64,000 bases of DNA from Thermodesulfobacteriota bacterium. Lineage in GTDB: Bacteria > Desulfobacterota_D > UBA1144 > Nemesobacterales > Mycalebacteriaceae. The notes under the pieces were generated by a model. It made no database searches. It was given only the letters and a program-made list of their open reading frames with translations, and was not told the origin of the DNA. Position 1 is the stretch's first letter, and each line of letters begins with the position of its first letter. The stretch is taken from the NCBI GenBank assembly GCA_965226585.1, contig OZ245366.1, forward strand, positions 288,001 through 352,000, read 5' to 3'. Positions 8,945-17,862 of the stretch are shown piece by piece. Position numbers and translations under genes: made by a program.

Positions 8945-10258
8945 ATGAAAATGTTAAGAAAATTCGCTATGGCGTTTGCCTTTGCGGCTTTAGCCGTTTG
9001 GTTTGCGCCTACACAGTCCCACGCTGCGGCAGACTACAATAAAGGGTTTGTCTATGAGAGCGAAGACGGGATGATAAAAGTAAAACAGCAGTTGAGAGTC
9101 CAGTTCAGAGTTGACGTCAAAGACAGCAACAGAGACGACGAAGACCCTTCAACAGACTTTATGATTCGCCGCGCGAAATTGAAGTTCAGCGGACACGCTT
9201 ACGAGAAGTGGCTCAAATTCGGTCTGCAACTTGCCGGTGATGTCGGAAGGGTGAACGAAGACGGCAGTGCCAAGGGTGAAGAGTTGAATGTTGAGGATGT
9301 CTTCATAGCCGCCTCCTATTGGGAGTTTGCGGATGTGAAGGTCGGGAGATACAAAATCCCGTTTGAGAGAGAGGTGCTTAACTCTTCCTCAAAACTTCAG
9401 TTTGTTGACCGCTCCGCTATAAAAGAGTTCATTATAGACGCAGACAGGGCAGACGGAATTTCAACCGGCGGAATTGCCGGCGGAATGGTTGCCTACAGAG
9501 TCGGGTTGTTCCAGTTGGACGATGAGACTTTTTCAAACGAAGAAAACATGCTTGTCGCGGGAAGGGTTCAGGTGAACTTTGGAGAGGGTGAACTTGCGTA
9601 TTCAAGCGGTTCCTTCACTTCCGGCGGAGACTACAAAATTGCCCCGAACTTTGCCAAAGCGCCGATATATCAGGTCGGAATTGGCGGGTTTTACAAAATT
9701 GGGACAAGTGACGGGTTGGTGTCAGAAGAGTATAGCGTTCTCACACGCGATGCTGACGGTGTTCCCACGGCGGTCAACAGTAACAAGGTTACCAGTTCAA
9801 CAGACAACACGACATACGGTGTAACGGCTGATGTTGCCGTAAGGTGGGAAAGGTGGAACGTTGAACTCGCGGGTTATGCGGGTTTTGACAAAAGGTATGG
9901 CAATGTTGTTGATGCCACGTTTAATAGTGGCACTCCAGCCAACAGCACGGAAGGTTCAGCAACTGCTGAGGACTTCACCCACATTGCTTACCGGGCTCAG
10001 GCGGGATTCATGATAATTCCCGAACTTGAAGTTGCCGCGAGGTACACAGCGACTATGTTTGATTACAGCGATGCTGTTTTGACAACAGGAGAGGAAGGCG
10101 ACCATTGGGATGCCACTTTGGGCGTGAACTACTACATCGCCGGAGTTGAGCACAAAGCGAAGGTTCAGGTTGACTTTGAGCACTCCAGAACCAACAGGTT
10201 TGGTATTTCGCAGTTGAAAGAGAACATTGCGAGAGCGCAAGTCCAGTTGTCCTTCTGA
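8945..10258 (+). CDS. Phosphate-selective porin (OprO/OprP family)
   Basis: Signal peptide, FMIRRAKLKFSG, VGRYKIPF, SSSKLQFVDRS, TLGVNYY, C-terminal Phe; ATG 8945 behind GGAGG; next to the pho/pst locus. Confidence 0.82.
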   Translation: MKMLRKFAMAFAFAALAVWFAPTQSHAAADYNKGFVYESEDGMIKVKQQLRVQFRVDVKDSNRDDEDPSTDFMIRRAKLKFSGHAYEKWLKFGLQLAGDVGRVNEDGSAKGEELNVEDVFIAASYWEFADVKVGRYKIPFEREVLNSSSKLQFVDRSAIKEFIIDADRADGISTGGIAGGMVAYRVGLFQLDDETFSNEENMLVAGRVQVNFGEGELAYSSGSFTSGGDYKIAPNFAKAPIYQVGIGGFYKIGTSDGLVSEEYSVLTRDADGVPTAVNSNKVTSSTDNTTYGVTADVAVRWERWNVELAGYAGFDKRYGNVVDATFNSGTPANSTEGSATAEDFTHIAYRAQAGFMIIPELEVAARYTATMFDYSDAVLTTGEEGDHWDATLGVNYYIAGVEHKAKVQVDFEHSRTNRFGISQLKENIARAQVQLSF

Positions 10259-10296
10259 TACGGCGCGAAGCGAATTCGCTTTTATAAGGTAAAAGG

Positions 10297-10330
10297 AAAA
10301 GAGGGAACTTTCGGGTTCCCTCTTTTTTTT
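10297..10330 (+). terminator. Rho-independent terminator, possibly bidirectional
   Basis: aaaagagggaac-tttcgg-gttccctctttt followed by a T-run. Confidence 0.85.
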
Positions 10331-10425
10331 GCGGTTTTGCAAAGGTGGCATTCCGTTGCCCGGTCGCGCCTGATACCGCCCCGGCAACCAATACTGCCAA
10401 CGTTGTGGCAAGAAACACCGCCCTC

Positions 10426-10776
10426 CGTCATTCCGTGCCTGACACGGAATCCAGTATTCAACTGGTCAACCAATACTGGATTCCTGCTTTCGCAGGAATG
10501 ACGGGAGAAGTGTGTCATTCCGTGCCTGACACGGAATCCAGTATTCAACTCAACTGGCTACCAATACTGGATTCCTGCTTTCGCAGGAATGACGGAGAAG
10601 TGTGTCATTCCGTGCTTGACACGGAATCCAGTATTGAACTCAACTGGTCAACCAATACTGGATTCCTGCTTTCGCAGGAATGACGGGAGAAGAGTGTCAT
10701 TCCGTGCTTGACACGGAATCCAGTATTCAACTCAACTGGCTACCAATACTGGATTCCTGCTTTCGCAGGAATGACG
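10426..10776. repeat. Tandem array of four palindromic doublets (about 90-bp period)
   Basis: Units begin near 10426, 10514, 10604 and 10696, with near-identical (g)gagaagtgt linkers. Confidence 0.95.
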
Positions 10777-10919
10777 GGAGAGGGTTATGTCCACAGAACT
10801 GCGTCCATAAATTCCCAAAAAAACCCCTTGAAATTTTTCCGTGTATCAAGTAGCGTATCCCCGAAGCCGATTGAGGTTGGACTTCGGATGGCTTCTTCCC
10901 GTCTTTTTACAGATAGTTG

Positions 10920-10948
10920 TTGACCATTTGCCAACAATTTTCTATAAT
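10920..10948 (+). promoter_or_regulatory. Sigma70 promoter of porin 1 with an overlapping inverted repeat
   Basis: TTGACC-N17-TATAAT; TTGTTG-N9-CAACAA at 10917-10937 covers the -35. Confidence 0.7.
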
Positions 10949-11004
10949 GTCGGGTGATTTGCGGGCTTTGCCCGCCAGATTGTTTTTCTAAGGAGGTAGG
11001 AGAC

Positions 11005-12750
11005 ATGAGAAAAGCTAAATGGCTTGTAATGTTTCTTCTTGGTTTGGCAGTAGCCGCTCCGGCGTCAGCTGTTGAACTTAACCTGGGAGGATTTCCCAGT
11101 TACATGTCCACAAGGGCGCGTTATCTTGAAAACGCAACCTACAAGAATGCGTCAGGTGAAGATGACGCTATCTTTTTCGTGGATACAACCCTTCGCGTTA
11201 CACCGCAACTCGTTTTGAGTGACACGGTAACGGTTAGGGCTCAGATTGATATATTTGACAACAACGTTTGGGGCGGAAGCACCGACCAGCTTCTTGGCGG
11301 AGCATCCACTCTTGTGAACTCAGGTATATCTCCGAGTGACAAATTCAGGGGAAATGTCCTTCACGGGAATGCTACCTCTGATTGTCTTACATTCGGAAAT
11401 GTTTGCGCGGTTGAAAAGGATGCCGGATTCTTCAACGTCCGCATGCTTCACGCAGACATAGTACTGCCAAACGAACTTGGTTTTGTGAGAGTCGGTCGCC
11501 AGCCCTTTGACTGGGGACTTGGTATTCTTGCGAACGGCGGATGGGACCCCCACAGTGATGGCGGTTTCCTCGTTGACAGGTTCCTCTGGTTGAAGACCTT
11601 CCCCGCAGGAAGTGGTGCTACCCTTACGGCTATTTTCGTATCGGACAGAATCACTCAGGGAACAGGTCTTAACACTGGAAGTGGTGACGGATGGGACGGC
11701 GGCGCTGTGGCGTTTGTGTTCAACAACCCTGAGATGGGTGGAACGAACGTAACGCTTGGGGCGTACATCTTCCCTTACATTCATCAGGCTCAGTTCATCG
11801 GTGGTTTCGGGGATCTTGACAGATTCACGCTCTACTCCGCTTTGGTTGATGTGAAAACTGAAACCTTCAAAATAACGGCGGAAGTTCAGGGTGGATTTGG
11901 TGAGATTAAGAACATCGCTACAACTACTCCAGTTTCAGAGTCGAAAATTAAGAATGCTCTTATATGGGCGGTTCGTGGTGAGTACACCGCGCCGCAGACT
12001 GACTACCTCAACTCCATTGGTGCTGAGTTTGGTTGGGCGGACGGTGACAAGAACGATGGTGCGTGGTCAACTGGAAGCGACATTGAGGGCGGTGTTATCG
12101 TCTTCAACCCGGCTTACAACCTTGACAACCTTCTGTTCAAACACGTAATGCCTTCCATATATCAGGACGCAAACGGCAACATTCTTGCCAAGCCGGACGC
12201 CAGTGTTCAGAACGCGTATTACGCGCGTATCTACGCAGACGTTCCTGTTACGGAAAGAATAACCTTCAGACCTCAGGTTCTCGTTGGATGGAACAACGAG
12301 ACGGAGAATCTGATAGCTGGTGTCACATACGCCGGAACTCTTCCGGACAACTCGGTTGACACTGACCCCAATACTGCTGGTATTCAGGGTGATGAAGGCA
12401 CTGAGCGTGACCCGATTGTGGCGACTGGTACCTCAGAGACTGTTAAGTCCTATCTCGGAACAGAGATTGAAGGTACTGCTATCATCAATCTTTACCCGGG
12501 TATAGACCTTAACATCATCGGAAGCGTTATCGTTTCAGGTGAAGGTCTGACTGGACTGCTTGAGAATCAGGCGTACTATCTTGCAAATGAAGATGGTGTT
12601 AACGTTGGTGAAGTTGCGGATGCTGCGGCATTTGCTACGGCTGTAGCGGCTCAAACACCGGTAAGGGACCAGAAGGCTAACGACATCATTTGGGGTGTCC
12701 AGACGAAACTCATGATTTACATCGATGAGTTTTTCAAAGCCGGATCCTGA
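11005..12750 (+). CDS. Outer-membrane beta-barrel protein / putative major porin (paralog 1)
   Basis: Signal peptide ending ASA, amphipathic beta strands, VRVGRQPFDWGLGI motif; ATG 11005 behind AAGGAGGT; codon choice (GGT, GCT, ACT, GTT) suggests high expression. Confidence 0.75.
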   Translation: MRKAKWLVMFLLGLAVAAPASAVELNLGGFPSYMSTRARYLENATYKNASGEDDAIFFVDTTLRVTPQLVLSDTVTVRAQIDIFDNNVWGGSTDQLLGGASTLVNSGISPSDKFRGNVLHGNATSDCLTFGNVCAVEKDAGFFNVRMLHADIVLPNELGFVRVGRQPFDWGLGILANGGWDPHSDGGFLVDRFLWLKTFPAGSGATLTAIFVSDRITQGTGLNTGSGDGWDGGAVAFVFNNPEMGGTNVTLGAYIFPYIHQAQFIGGFGDLDRFTLYSALVDVKTETFKITAEVQGGFGEIKNIATTTPVSESKIKNALIWAVRGEYTAPQTDYLNSIGAEFGWADGDKNDGAWSTGSDIEGGVIVFNPAYNLDNLLFKHVMPSIYQDANGNILAKPDASVQNAYYARIYADVPVTERITFRPQVLVGWNNETENLIAGVTYAGTLPDNSVDTDPNTAGIQGDEGTERDPIVATGTSETVKSYLGTEIEGTAIINLYPGIDLNIIGSVIVSGEGLTGLLENQAYYLANEDGVNVGEVADAAAFATAVAAQTPVRDQKANDIIWGVQTKLMIYIDEFFKAGS

Positions 12751-12803
12751 TTAGACAGACAAAAAACTTTTCCTTCTGATTAAAAAAATCAAGGAATTAA
12801 ATC

Positions 12804-12839
12804 AAGGCGGTGTTCTTACAAAGAACGCCGCCTTTTTTT
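12804..12839 (+). terminator. Rho-independent terminator
   Basis: aaggcggtgttctt-aca-aagaacgccgcctt plus T-run. Confidence 0.88.
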
Positions 12840-12860
12840 ATGGGATATCATAGTCTTATG

Positions 12861-12888
12861 TTGACATGTTCACTTGTTATCTTATAAT
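12861..12888 (+). promoter_or_regulatory. Consensus sigma70 promoter of the hicB/hicA-like pair
   Basis: TTGACA-N16-TATAAT. Confidence 0.7.
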
Positions 12889-12962
12889 TTGTTGGCTAAC
12901 CAATACCACCTAAAGGAGGTTTTTCTTCCTGCCGTTATTCGGGGGAGAAAGTAAAAGACGAG

Positions 12963-13367
12963 ATGGCAAAAGAAATACAATTACAGAATGGCTCCGCAAG
13001 CAATGCTTTGGCAAATGCCATAAAGGTTATAGTTGACGGAGACAACAAAGACGGATGGATGGCTCAGGGCTTGGAGATAGACTACTTCGCCTGCGCCAAG
13101 TCGGAGAAAACCGTTCGGGAGAACTTTGTAGAGGGTCTGCAAAAAACCATCAAGTTGAATCTTGAAAAGGGAAAAGATGTAAAACGTCTTCTCACCCCCG
13201 CCCCGAAAGAAGTTTGGGCTGAATACTACGCCGCGCTTTCCAACGAACTCTCCGCTCAGGTCTACAGCGATGACTCTATGTTCCTCGAACATCTGGGGAT
13301 AGGGAGTGTGGCTTTCATAGACGCTCCGAACCGGAATCGCAACTACAACCAACCGCAGGGTAGCTAA
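12963..13367 (+). CDS. HicB-like (partial RNase H fold) putative antitoxin
   Basis: IKVIVDGDNKDGWMAQGLEIDYFACAKSEKTVRENFVEGL follows the HicB beta-beta-beta-alpha pattern. Confidence 0.55.
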   Translation: MAKEIQLQNGSASNALANAIKVIVDGDNKDGWMAQGLEIDYFACAKSEKTVRENFVEGLQKTIKLNLEKGKDVKRLLTPAPKEVWAEYYAALSNELSAQVYSDDSMFLEHLGIGSVAFIDAPNRNRNYNQPQGS

Positions 13368-13371
13368 TCCT

Positions 13372-13596
13372 TTGTCGGGCAGAAAGTTATTCTACATTGA
13401 GGATGTTATCGCCGTTTTAGAAAATTACGGTGTCGGTGTCCGGCTTGATGGCGATGACCTTGTCGTTTCAGGGAAAGATTTGGAAGATGTCTTCAAAATT
13501 GAGGACGGCTTCATACACAAAAGAGTTGTCCACAAATGGGCGAAAAAGTACGGAATTCCCATAGACCACTTCTTCTACCCGGAGCGATCCTCTTAA
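13372..13596 (+). CDS. Small divergent HicA-like protein
   Basis: DVIAVLENYG...IHKRVVHKWAKKYGIPIDHF parallels the HicA helices; no GSH motif; TTG start 4 nt after the upstream stop. Confidence 0.45.
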   Translation: MSGRKLFYIEDVIAVLENYGVGVRLDGDDLVVSGKDLEDVFKIEDGFIHKRVVHKWAKKYGIPIDHFFYPERSS

Positions 13597-13612
13597 CAGA
13601 GCGGTGGCTTCC

Positions 13613-13690
13613 CGTCATTCCTGCGGAAGCAGGAATCCAGTATTAGTCAACCAGTTGGATACTGGATTCCGTGTCAAGCACGGAATGACG
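13613..13690. repeat. Palindromic doublet, inverted orientation (B-arm first)
   Basis: cgtcATTCCtgcggaagcaGGAATccagtatt...atactggATTCCgtgtcaagcacGGAATgacg. Confidence 0.9.
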
Positions 13691-13762
13691 GAAAGAGGAA
13701 AAAGAATGATAGGAAAAGGTGTCTTTCCCCTTTCCCACACGGTAGAGACTTTGCGTAATCTC

Positions 13763-13791
13763 TTGAAACATTCGGGCTTTTTTCGTATAAT
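13763..13791 (+). promoter_or_regulatory. Sigma70 promoter of porin 2
   Basis: TTGAAA-N17-TATAAT. Confidence 0.65.
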
Positions 13792-13866
13792 ACGCCCTGA
13801 ACAACCTTTGTTCCTTATTGGCAAATCCTATCACAGGCAAAAGTTGTAATACGAGTGGGAAAAAGC

Positions 13867-16065
13867 ATGCTTAAAAACTTTATCCGTTATACGGTTTTTG
13901 CCGTCTTGGCGGTCGCCCTCGGCGCACCATCTGCACAAGCGGTTGAAATCGAACTTGACGCTTTCCCCAGTTTCCTCAGAACCCGCGCGCGCTACTTCAA
14001 GGGAGCCACTTACATCAATAAGAACCTCCCCCACGAAGACACCAAAGACAGAATCTTTCTCATTGACAGCACACTCAGAATATCGCCCCGCCTTCGCCTT
14101 AACGACAACCTTTCAATAGTCGTTCAAGCCGATGTTGCAGACAACGTTATCTGGGGCGGCGTAACAGACCAACTGCTCGGCGGCGCAAGCACTGTTGTGA
14201 ACTCATCAATATCGCCCACAGACAGTTTCAGAGGAACTCTGCTTACTCCCACTTACAACAGATTTTCCTATCTTGATGAATACACAGAGGCAGACAACCC
14301 CTCGGACGTAAGACCAAACACATACATTCCCGGTGTTGGTGATGATACCGGAGACCCTATCTTTAACAGAGACGGCGCGGTGGAGCCGGACGGCGGATGG
14401 CTGAAAGTGCGTCAGGCATACATCCACGCGACACACCGCCTCGGATTTGCCCGCATCGGACGGCAAACATTTGACTGGGGGCTCGGCATATTCTCTAACG
14501 GCGGAAACGAACCCACATCTCTCGGCGGAACAATAGCAGACCGTGTGCTTCTCGGAAAAACCGCAAGGTTAAACTCCGGCGCAACCCTCACCGCCGCGCT
14601 TATCGCAGACCTGTGGGCGGGAGGAAAAGACCTGCGCCCCGTTGGAGCCGGATGGGACGGCTTCGGGGCAACCGTTGTCTACAACAGACCGCCGGAAAAT
14701 ATCAAATCAGCGGAGGTTACTCTCGGAGCGAACATATACCCGTGGGTTAAACAAGAGAACTTCGCGCGGGGACAAAGTTACTTCCTCGGAGCCGGACAGA
14801 GCGACATAAAGCCGTCCGCGCACGCAGACCTTAACCGCCTCACTATTTACTCACTTATGTTTGACCTGAAACGCGGCGACTTCCGCTTTGCGGGAGAATA
14901 CAATGCGGCTTTCGGAAAACTGGACAATGTAAGCGGATTCAAAGCCGGAGGAAGTGAAGGTAGCAGATACTACAAACTTGACCTTTACGACGGCATTAAA
15001 ATCCAGCACCACATGGCGTGGGCGCTTCGCCTTGAATGGCTTCCGCTTTCCGTTATTCAGGTTGCCGGAGCGGAATTCGGCTGGGCGGACGGTGACAAAA
15101 CCGGCGGCGGCGGACACGCTTATGAAGGCGGCTACTGGAACGGAGACGACATAGAAGGCGGAGTTATAGCATTCAACCCCGCCTACACAATAGACAACTT
15201 CCTGTTCAAGCACATCATTCCCACGATATACCAGAGCACGAACAACAAATTGCTCACACACGCCGAGGCGGGAATTCAAAACAGCAGTTATCTGCGTTTC
15301 TATGTGAACGTTTTTCTGACCGACTCAATCAGAATGACAGCCCAGTGGCTTGCCGGTTGGACAAACGAAACCAAAAACCTTTTTGTTGATGGCGAAGACA
15401 TCGCCTCATACATCGGCAGTGAAGTGGAAACAACTTTCACTTTCCGCCTCAGAAGAGGTGTGTATTTCAACGTCATTGGAAGCGCGGTTTTCGCCGGGCT
15501 TGGTCTGAGAGATATGTTTGAAGGACAGGCATGGAACGAAATCGTCCGCAGTAGCAATGACGACATTTACTTTGCCGTTCAAGACGAAAACATTGCCGCC
15601 CCGGTTTATGACAACCCGCAAACACCCGAATACGAAGGCTCAGCCGAAATTCGCGATATTAAGGTGTGGTTTGTCAAGCAGGGAGAAGTCGGAGATGGTG
15701 GCCGTTCCATTCCGTGGCTTGAGGCGACCGTTAACAATGTGATTGTTAGCAGTGCCCTGGATGATGACGAGAACCCCTATGCGGAAATTACGCGTGACCG
15801 GCCGATAGCCCCGAGCGAGGCAGAAGGTGGTACGAATTGTCCCGACGTACTTGGCGTAACAGTGCCGGATGGGTGTCTGGACCCGGCGAGATTTGCCTAC
15901 TTCAAGAACTTGGAAAACCAAGGCGGTCTGTATGCCGGAGAAGCGCATTTGCAGGCATACAGGGAACTCCGCGAGCAGTTCGCCAACAACTATCCCGAAA
16001 GCGCCAAGGCGTATTCACTGCAAACTGTTCTGACCGTCCATCTTGACGGCCTTTCCGGCAACTGA
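13867..16065 (+). CDS. Outer-membrane beta-barrel protein (paralog 2) with large loop insertions
   Basis: Signal peptide ending AQA; shares WGG.TDQLLGGAST.VNS.ISP.D.FRG, GRQ.FDWGLGI, GAEFGWADGDK and DIEGGVI.FNPAY..DN.LFKH with 11005..12750. Confidence 0.75.
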   Translation: MLKNFIRYTVFAVLAVALGAPSAQAVEIELDAFPSFLRTRARYFKGATYINKNLPHEDTKDRIFLIDSTLRISPRLRLNDNLSIVVQADVADNVIWGGVTDQLLGGASTVVNSSISPTDSFRGTLLTPTYNRFSYLDEYTEADNPSDVRPNTYIPGVGDDTGDPIFNRDGAVEPDGGWLKVRQAYIHATHRLGFARIGRQTFDWGLGIFSNGGNEPTSLGGTIADRVLLGKTARLNSGATLTAALIADLWAGGKDLRPVGAGWDGFGATVVYNRPPENIKSAEVTLGANIYPWVKQENFARGQSYFLGAGQSDIKPSAHADLNRLTIYSLMFDLKRGDFRFAGEYNAAFGKLDNVSGFKAGGSEGSRYYKLDLYDGIKIQHHMAWALRLEWLPLSVIQVAGAEFGWADGDKTGGGGHAYEGGYWNGDDIEGGVIAFNPAYTIDNFLFKHIIPTIYQSTNNKLLTHAEAGIQNSSYLRFYVNVFLTDSIRMTAQWLAGWTNETKNLFVDGEDIASYIGSEVETTFTFRLRRGVYFNVIGSAVFAGLGLRDMFEGQAWNEIVRSSNDDIYFAVQDENIAAPVYDNPQTPEYEGSAEIRDIKVWFVKQGEVGDGGRSIPWLEATVNNVIVSSALDDDENPYAEITRDRPIAPSEAEGGTNCPDVLGVTVPDGCLDPARFAYFKNLENQGGLYAGEAHLQAYRELREQFANNYPESAKAYSLQTVLTVHLDGLSGN

Positions 16066-16131
16066 TTACTACTTCCCGTCAATGTCCGTGCTTGAACTCC
16101 CCTTCCGTTATTCCGTGCCTTTCTCTTTCCC

Positions 16132-16214
16132 CGTCATTCCGTGCCTGACACGGAATCCAGTATTCAACTCAACTGGTTAACCAATACTGGATTCCTGCTT
16201 TCGCAGGAATGACG
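16132..16214. repeat. Palindromic doublet, A-arm first, with decayed arms flanking
   Basis: Same family; partial arms near 16077, 16106 and 16223. Confidence 0.9.
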
Positions 16215-16284
16215 GGAGAGGGTGTCATTCCTGCTTTCGTGCCCACTTCCCCCCTTTCCTGATATAATTACCCCCGGTGAGGTT

Positions 16285-17853
16285 ATGGTTTTTCTGTCAA
16301 AAGCGGTTTTTCTGCTTGGCGTGTCGCTCTTTGCGTTAGCATCTCCGGCAGGCGCGCAGAGCGCGGGCAGTCTCTACACTTCGGAAGCCGTTACGCTTTC
16401 CGTGGAAGAGGCGCGCATACTCGCGCTTGAATACAACAAAAACATTCTGGTTGCCGGACACAACAGCACAGCCGAAACAGCAAAGTCGCTTGCGGAAAGG
16501 GCGGCGTTTGACCCCGTTTTTGAATTGAGCGGGGCTTATAACAAAACTTCCGAACCTTCTGACTCGTCATTTATTTCCGGCGGCATAAAATCCGAGCGGC
16601 TTTCCGCAAGCGCGGGAATTACCGGGCAACTGCCCTCGGGCGGATATTACGACCTTTTCAGGTTCACACTTTCCCGCGATAAAAACGAATCTCCCATTCA
16701 ATCTCTCAGCCCGGCATACAGCTCAAGTCTTGATATGCGCGTGGGGCAAAACCTTTTGAGAGACTTCGGCGCGAAAGGCGCGAGAGCGAAAATAACGGCG
16801 CAATCTCTCCGCTCAGATATCGGCAAACTGTCTCTCACGGTGGAAACGGCGCAAACTCTTTTGGATGTTGAGCGCAAATACTGGGATGTGGTTGCCGCAG
16901 TGAGAAACTACGAACTGGGGCGGCGCAACCTTGAACTGGGTGTTGACCTGCTTGAAAGAAACCGCGTTATGGTGAAAGAGGGCGTTCTTCCGCGTCTTGA
17001 AGAGATGAAGGCGGAATCTGCCGTTGCGGCGCGAAGGGTTGAACTGATAGAGGCGGAAAACGACCTCAAAGGCGCGCGCGACAAATTGAAAAACCTGACG
17101 GGGCTTCCGCTTGAAACGGTGATTGAACTCACAGACGCTCCGGAAACGGGCATCTACACGCACACGGATTCTGCGGAGTTGATAGAGACGGCTTTTGAAA
17201 AGCGCGCCGAATTGAAACGGGCGAAAAAGCGTTTGGAAATGGCTGAGACGGAGAAGAATTACCGCGCCAATCAGCGGCTTCCGAAATTGGCGGTAGAGGG
17301 CGTAGTGTCTCTGCGCGGACTTGCGGGAAGGACAAATCCTTCCGGTTTTGTTTTCGGTGATTCCCCGCTTGCGCGCGCGGATTTGGGAACGTCTCTTTCA
17401 GACGCCGTTTCAACCGTTGCCGACAGAGATTTTGTAAGTTGGGGCGCGAGTATAACGATGTCTGTTCCCATAATGAACCGTTATGCGGGCGGTCTTTACC
17501 GCGCCGCTACCGCAGAGCACAACCGTTCTCTTGCCGAATACGGCAGAACAAAACAACTTATCGCCCTTGAGGTAAAGGCGGCGGCGGACAAACTTTGGAG
17601 CGGTTACCGCCGTGTAGAGGCGGCAACCGCCGCCCGTGATGTGGCGGAAGAGGTGCTTGAAGCCGAGAAGGAAAAATATGCCGCCGGTCTTTCAACAACG
17701 AGAGAGGTGCTTGAAGCCCAAAGGGATTTAGTCCGCGCGCGGGCTGAAAGGATACGTTCCGCGGCGGATTACAGGTCTGCCCTTGCGGCGCTGAGACACG
17801 CCACGGGAACGATTATAGAAGCAAGCGGGTTTTTGATAGAAAGCAGGTTTTAG
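16285..17853 (+). CDS. TolC-family outer-membrane efflux protein
   Basis: Signal peptide, LSVEEARILALEYN, Q.LLRDFG, duplicated helical repeats, GLSTTREVLEAQRDL. Confidence 0.88.
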   Translation: MVFLSKAVFLLGVSLFALASPAGAQSAGSLYTSEAVTLSVEEARILALEYNKNILVAGHNSTAETAKSLAERAAFDPVFELSGAYNKTSEPSDSSFISGGIKSERLSASAGITGQLPSGGYYDLFRFTLSRDKNESPIQSLSPAYSSSLDMRVGQNLLRDFGAKGARAKITAQSLRSDIGKLSLTVETAQTLLDVERKYWDVVAAVRNYELGRRNLELGVDLLERNRVMVKEGVLPRLEEMKAESAVAARRVELIEAENDLKGARDKLKNLTGLPLETVIELTDAPETGIYTHTDSAELIETAFEKRAELKRAKKRLEMAETEKNYRANQRLPKLAVEGVVSLRGLAGRTNPSGFVFGDSPLARADLGTSLSDAVSTVADRDFVSWGASITMSVPIMNRYAGGLYRAATAEHNRSLAEYGRTKQLIALEVKAAADKLWSGYRRVEAATAARDVAEEVLEAEKEKYAAGLSTTREVLEAQRDLVRARAERIRSAADYRSALAALRHATGTIIEASGFLIESRF

Positions 17854-17862
17854 GTGTTTCCG

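Noticed and set aside
10426..10776. Possible CRISPR array
   Set aside because: Intervening sequences are near-identical and short rather than unique spacers, the same unit occurs singly elsewhere, and no cas genes are in the window
10785..10795. DnaA-box-like ttatgtccaca
   Set aside because: Not a TTATCCACA match, single copy, and no origin context
10282..11006. ORFs 10282..10548, 10345..10683, 10708..10923 and 10785..11006 (WIPAFAGMT / HSVPDTES peptides)
   Set aside because: Translations of the palindromic repeat and promoter DNA; the same applies to 13604..13849, 13615..13824, 21997..22206 and 28773..29108
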